From Antedon mediterranea (lineage: Eukaryota; Animalia; Echinodermata): a stretch of 64,000 bases of DNA. Location: assembly GCF_964355755.1 (NCBI RefSeq), contig NC_092672.1:22891237-22955236 (forward strand), written 5' to 3'. Position numbers and translations under genes: made by a program. Below, one piece after another: positions 60,392 to 64,000 of the stretch. The notes beneath the pieces were generated by a model that had not been told where the DNA came from, ran no database searches, and saw only the letters and a list, made by a program, of their open reading frames with translations. Numbering within the stretch: position 1 is the first letter of the stretch; the number at the start of each line of letters is the position of its first letter.

Positions 60392-63300
60392 GTAGGCTTT
60401 ACGGTTTTTATTATTTTTTTCAATTATCTTGTGTCCCAATTTTATTTCAATTCTCTGTTTGAATATATTATGTATAGGCTTTAGTATGCACTAGTTGACA
60501 AATAGTTTCTTTCATTTTTGTATTCTTAATTTTAAACGTAGTTAAAATACACCTAGTCGAGAACAAGAACAGCAAGCAAGCCTACACACGCCTGGCACAC
60601 AGTGGACGAAAAAACTATTAGAATCGGCCAAAAATAAGGCTAAAATCGTACAAATATAAAAGGAACTAAAAACACAAAAATCCACAAATACTAAGGATTG
60701 ATTTTAGATGAAATAAAATCTAATTGAGAATCAATATTTGGTAAAATTAAGCAATTTTTCTTAACGGGAACACAGCATGCAATACCTCATTCGAAAGCTA
60801 ACAAAATTTGTTTGTTTGTGCAAATTTGATTTTGTTCTCTGCTTTAACAATAGAGGGATATAATCCTGTTTAAATGCAAAGTGGTCCGGCTACCCCACCG
60901 GACCACTTACCCCAGTTTACCCTACCCTTTGCAATTTTAAAATATGGGCGTTTGAACCAGTACCCCAGACTGTTGAACAATAGTCAATATGTGATAAAAA
61001 TAGAGCATTGTATAATCTTTTAATAATTTTAGGAGATGTAAAACTTTTCAATCTATAAAATAGATGTAGAATTTTTGATAGTTTTGCACATATAGAATCA
61101 ATATGTACTTTCCATGAGAGTTGTTCATCAAATGTAAGTCCCAAATATTTAAACGTTTCAACTTTCTCAATCGGAATGTTATCAAAAATTACTGTTTCAT
61201 CTGTTGTTTTATTAACACGTGGATGAGTACCAAAAAGCATGTATTTGGTTTTATCAATGTTTAGAGTTAATTTATGTTTATCTAACCATTGTTTTACATT
61301 TTCCAACTGTTCAGTCAAAACTGTTGTAAGCTCTTCATTTGATTTACATGCATAAAAAAGCGCAGTGTCGTCTGCATAGAGGACTGTTTTACAAATCCCA
61401 TCAACACTATCATGTAAGTCATTTATGTATAAATAAACAACAAAGGGCCAAGAATTGAGCCTTGTGGTACCCCATAGTTGACATTTAAAATTTCAGATTT
61501 TTTTCCATTAAAATTAACAAATTGTTTGCGATTTTTTAAATAATTACTGAACCATGCAAGCTCAGTGTTTATCATTCCAAAGGTGCATAATTTACGTAAT
61601 AAAATATCGTGGTCTACCGTATCAAACGCCTTTTTTAGGTCAAGAAAAATTGCTCCAGTTACCAAGCCATTATCAATATTTTTATATATATAATTGCATA
61701 CATCTATCAGTGTAGTAGAAGTTGAATGTAACGACCTAAAACCAGATTGATTTTTACATAATAAATTAAACTCATTTATATGATTCATAACTTGATTATG
61801 GATGCATCTTTCAAAAACTTTCATAACAATAGGTATAACAGATATTGGACGGTAGTTGTTAAGTTCATGTTTACATCCTCCTTTATAAAGCGGAGTAACC
61901 TTAGCACATTTCCATTCACTTGGAATAACACCAGATCTTAATGACCAGTTAAACAAAAAGGCAAGACTTTGAGAAATTTGTGAAGATGCAATTTTAAGTA
62001 ACCTAGCGGAAATCCCATCAATTCCAGTAGCTTTTCCAATTTCTAACTTTTCCAACAAAGCTTCAATTTCATTTCCATTAATATCTTTAAAGTTGAAACG
62101 TTGTTGAAATTGTGATAACGATTCAACGGTAATATCGTTTTGGTTGTCATTAAAATGGGATGCAAGTTCATTAGAAATTGAACAAAAATATTTATTAAAA
62201 TGATTAGCAATATCAGTTGGATTGTTTATTTCATTACCGTTTACATTGAGAGTTGTTTTAGTTTGTTTCTTTTTATTGGGTAAAAAGTCTTTCATGGTTT
62301 TCCATAATGTTTTAGTGTCATTAACATTATCCTTTAATTTATTATTATTTTTACTCAATGTGGGCTTATTTTACATAGGAAGGCCTATTTGCCCATACAG
62401 TAGGTGAGACAGGAATTGATATAAGGCCAGGGCGTGTCCACACTCCGGTGGGCCATGCGCCAGATACCTTCTATCGGGTTCCTGTTCTTCTGTAGCCCTT
62501 TCCACATCAGTTTCACTAGTCGCAATAGTAGCTGCTTACAGCGGGTACCGTACCGACGAGAAGGTTGTGAAATAGGACTTGTAAAAAGAAAGGATATAAA
62601 TTCCCAATGAACTGTAATATATCCGCCATATACCAGTACAGGAGAGTAACAGGATAAAAAATGGTTGTAGTAGAATGAATGAAATGATGAGAAAAATGAA
62701 AGAGACTGATGAGAACCACAGGCTAGGCCTCGTAACGCATCATTAGACTTCACCCACCTTCATCCAACAAAAAACATAACTGAACTTGAAAATTGTCAAC
62801 TTTCTTAACAAAAAATATGACGAAACAGTTTTTAAAGTCTACGATTTCTTAACCTTTTTTTTTACTGTTACGTTGGTGGTTAATGGAGTTTGTTACGCAC
62901 GTTGGTTGTTGATTTTTGTTACGTTAGTGGTTAATGTTACATTGGTAGTAGATTGTTACATTAGTTGGTGTTTGTACACATGCGTCCGCACGAACCGCAT
63001 TAGTAGGCCTATAGTTTTACCCTCACCAAGTTCTTTTCTGTTTTGTGACAATGATGAGAATGTAAATGATTACATATTATGTCGTCATAGGTTATAATAT
63101 ATATACATTGTTCATTTATTCTTTCTGATTAAAATATCCATATAAAGATACATACAGTACAGAAAACAAACAAAAAACATCCATTCTGAAAGTATCATAA
63201 TACTACTGCAGCAGTACTAGGCCTGGCCCACACTCCGAATGAAGGATAGATTAATTTAGTTTACCTATGGTATAGTTAGAAATCATTACCATTAATTCGT

Positions 63301-63540
63301 TTCATAAAGATATATGCATGATTTTCTTTGTATACTTAGGAGCTTTCGATTAGACATATACCTTCTGGATAATAATATGGATCCCGAGTTTTCTAATTCT
63401 AGAATCTAGAAAAACACAGATGTTGGCCTATGAGTTTTCTAGATGAATATAGAAACTCATATATATCCGAGATCTAAGATATATATCCGAGATCTGAGTT
63501 TATATATAGACACCCTTCTTAGGTTATAAATAAAGATTAA

Positions 63541-63814
63541 CCCTTTGAAGACGCGAGGTTTTTACCCCAAGTCACTGAGGCTAAAATAAGGTATTTTTAA
63601 TAGGTTTAGGAAAAATGCAAAATACATTTTTAACTGTAATTTTCTGCAACTACTTTCTGCCTTCCGAAAAATGTCATTTTTTACCTAGGTCAATGTCAAA
63701 TGCTCAAAAGGTGCAATTTCAGTGACCCCCAAAAGTCAACCCGTACATATACGGGCCTCGCGTCCTGGGAGAGTAAATTACCCCGTATGGGAAACGGATC
63801 ACGTCTTCAAAGGG
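63541..63814. mobile_element. piggyBac-type MITE (274 bp)
   Basis: TTAA|CCCTTTGAAGACG ... CGTCTTCAAAGGG|TTAC: 13-bp TIR with CCC/GGG ends and a TTAA target (right copy mutated). Confidence 0.8.
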
Positions 63815-64000
63815 TTACATAAGGATATAACCTCTAGTCAATGGAAAAAATAACATTAACGATTTAGTTCTTTGGAAGGAGACGCCTGTTTAGTTCATGT
63901 TTCATCATGAAATTAGAATTCAGCCTGTGGCTAACGAGACAGAATATAGGCCTAATTCAAATAATTATTTTATATACAAATAAAGTAAAGTCAGTACCGT

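Larger units (their letters stand above)
55554..60922 (-). mobile_element. pogo/Tigger-family (Tc1/mariner superfamily) DNA transposon, 5369 bp, TA TSD
   Basis: TIR GGGTAAACTGGGGTAAGTGG (55554-55573) and its inverse at 60903-60922, with TA on both sides. Removing it restores LINE codons LKLQRVQNRAARLILG. Confidence 0.93.
54925..62358 (-). mobile_element. 5'-truncated LINE (CR1/L2-like RT), split by a DNA transposon
   Basis: RT motifs in 61423-62358 (NNYRPISVIP, QSGFR, FLDLKKAFDTVDH, GVPQGSILGPLLF), YADD near 61370 and FKYLG in 60917-61318. The C-terminus continues at 55551-55168, followed by a 3' UTR with (TTTAGTTTAAG)-like repeats and an A-rich tail near 54925-54950. One frameshift near 61430. 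Confidence 0.92.

Noticed and set aside
62700-62745. CTGATGAGAACC..GGCCTCGTAAC hammerhead-like string
   Set aside because: Stem II pairs poorly and GAAA is absent (GTAA); at best a decayed relic.

Overview
AT-rich, intron-rich animal genomic DNA. The spliceosomal GT-AG introns and dense TAGGCCTA motifs suggest a marine invertebrate deuterostome such as an echinoderm (inference only). Four host loci can be read by hand. (1) A partial death-fold gene (+): two duplicated 45-nt exons, a tandem-DED exon and an orphan death-domain exon. (2) An apparently intact 22-exon myosin XIX gene (MYO19, -, 41098->15302, about 1028 aa). (3) An intron-containing OGFOD2 copy (+) with several stops and frameshifts, head-to-head with MYO19 and under 100 bp from it. 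(4) An intact 5-exon theta-class GST (-). The rest is mobile DNA: LINE RT fragments, a pogo/Tigger-type transposon nested in a LINE and carrying a PHD-finger cargo, hAT-like elements with 5- and 8-bp TSDs, Helentron-associated elements, a foldback element, a piggyBac-type MITE, ~40-bp palindromic micro-insertions and Penelope-type minimal hammerhead ribozyme motifs. The most striking pattern is about 18 tandem arrays, each with its own private unit. Most start at or within ~200 bp of an exon boundary, and several amplify the splice donor, the splice acceptor or the stop codon itself. Gene models and family assignments come from manual reading and recalled motifs, not from database searches.
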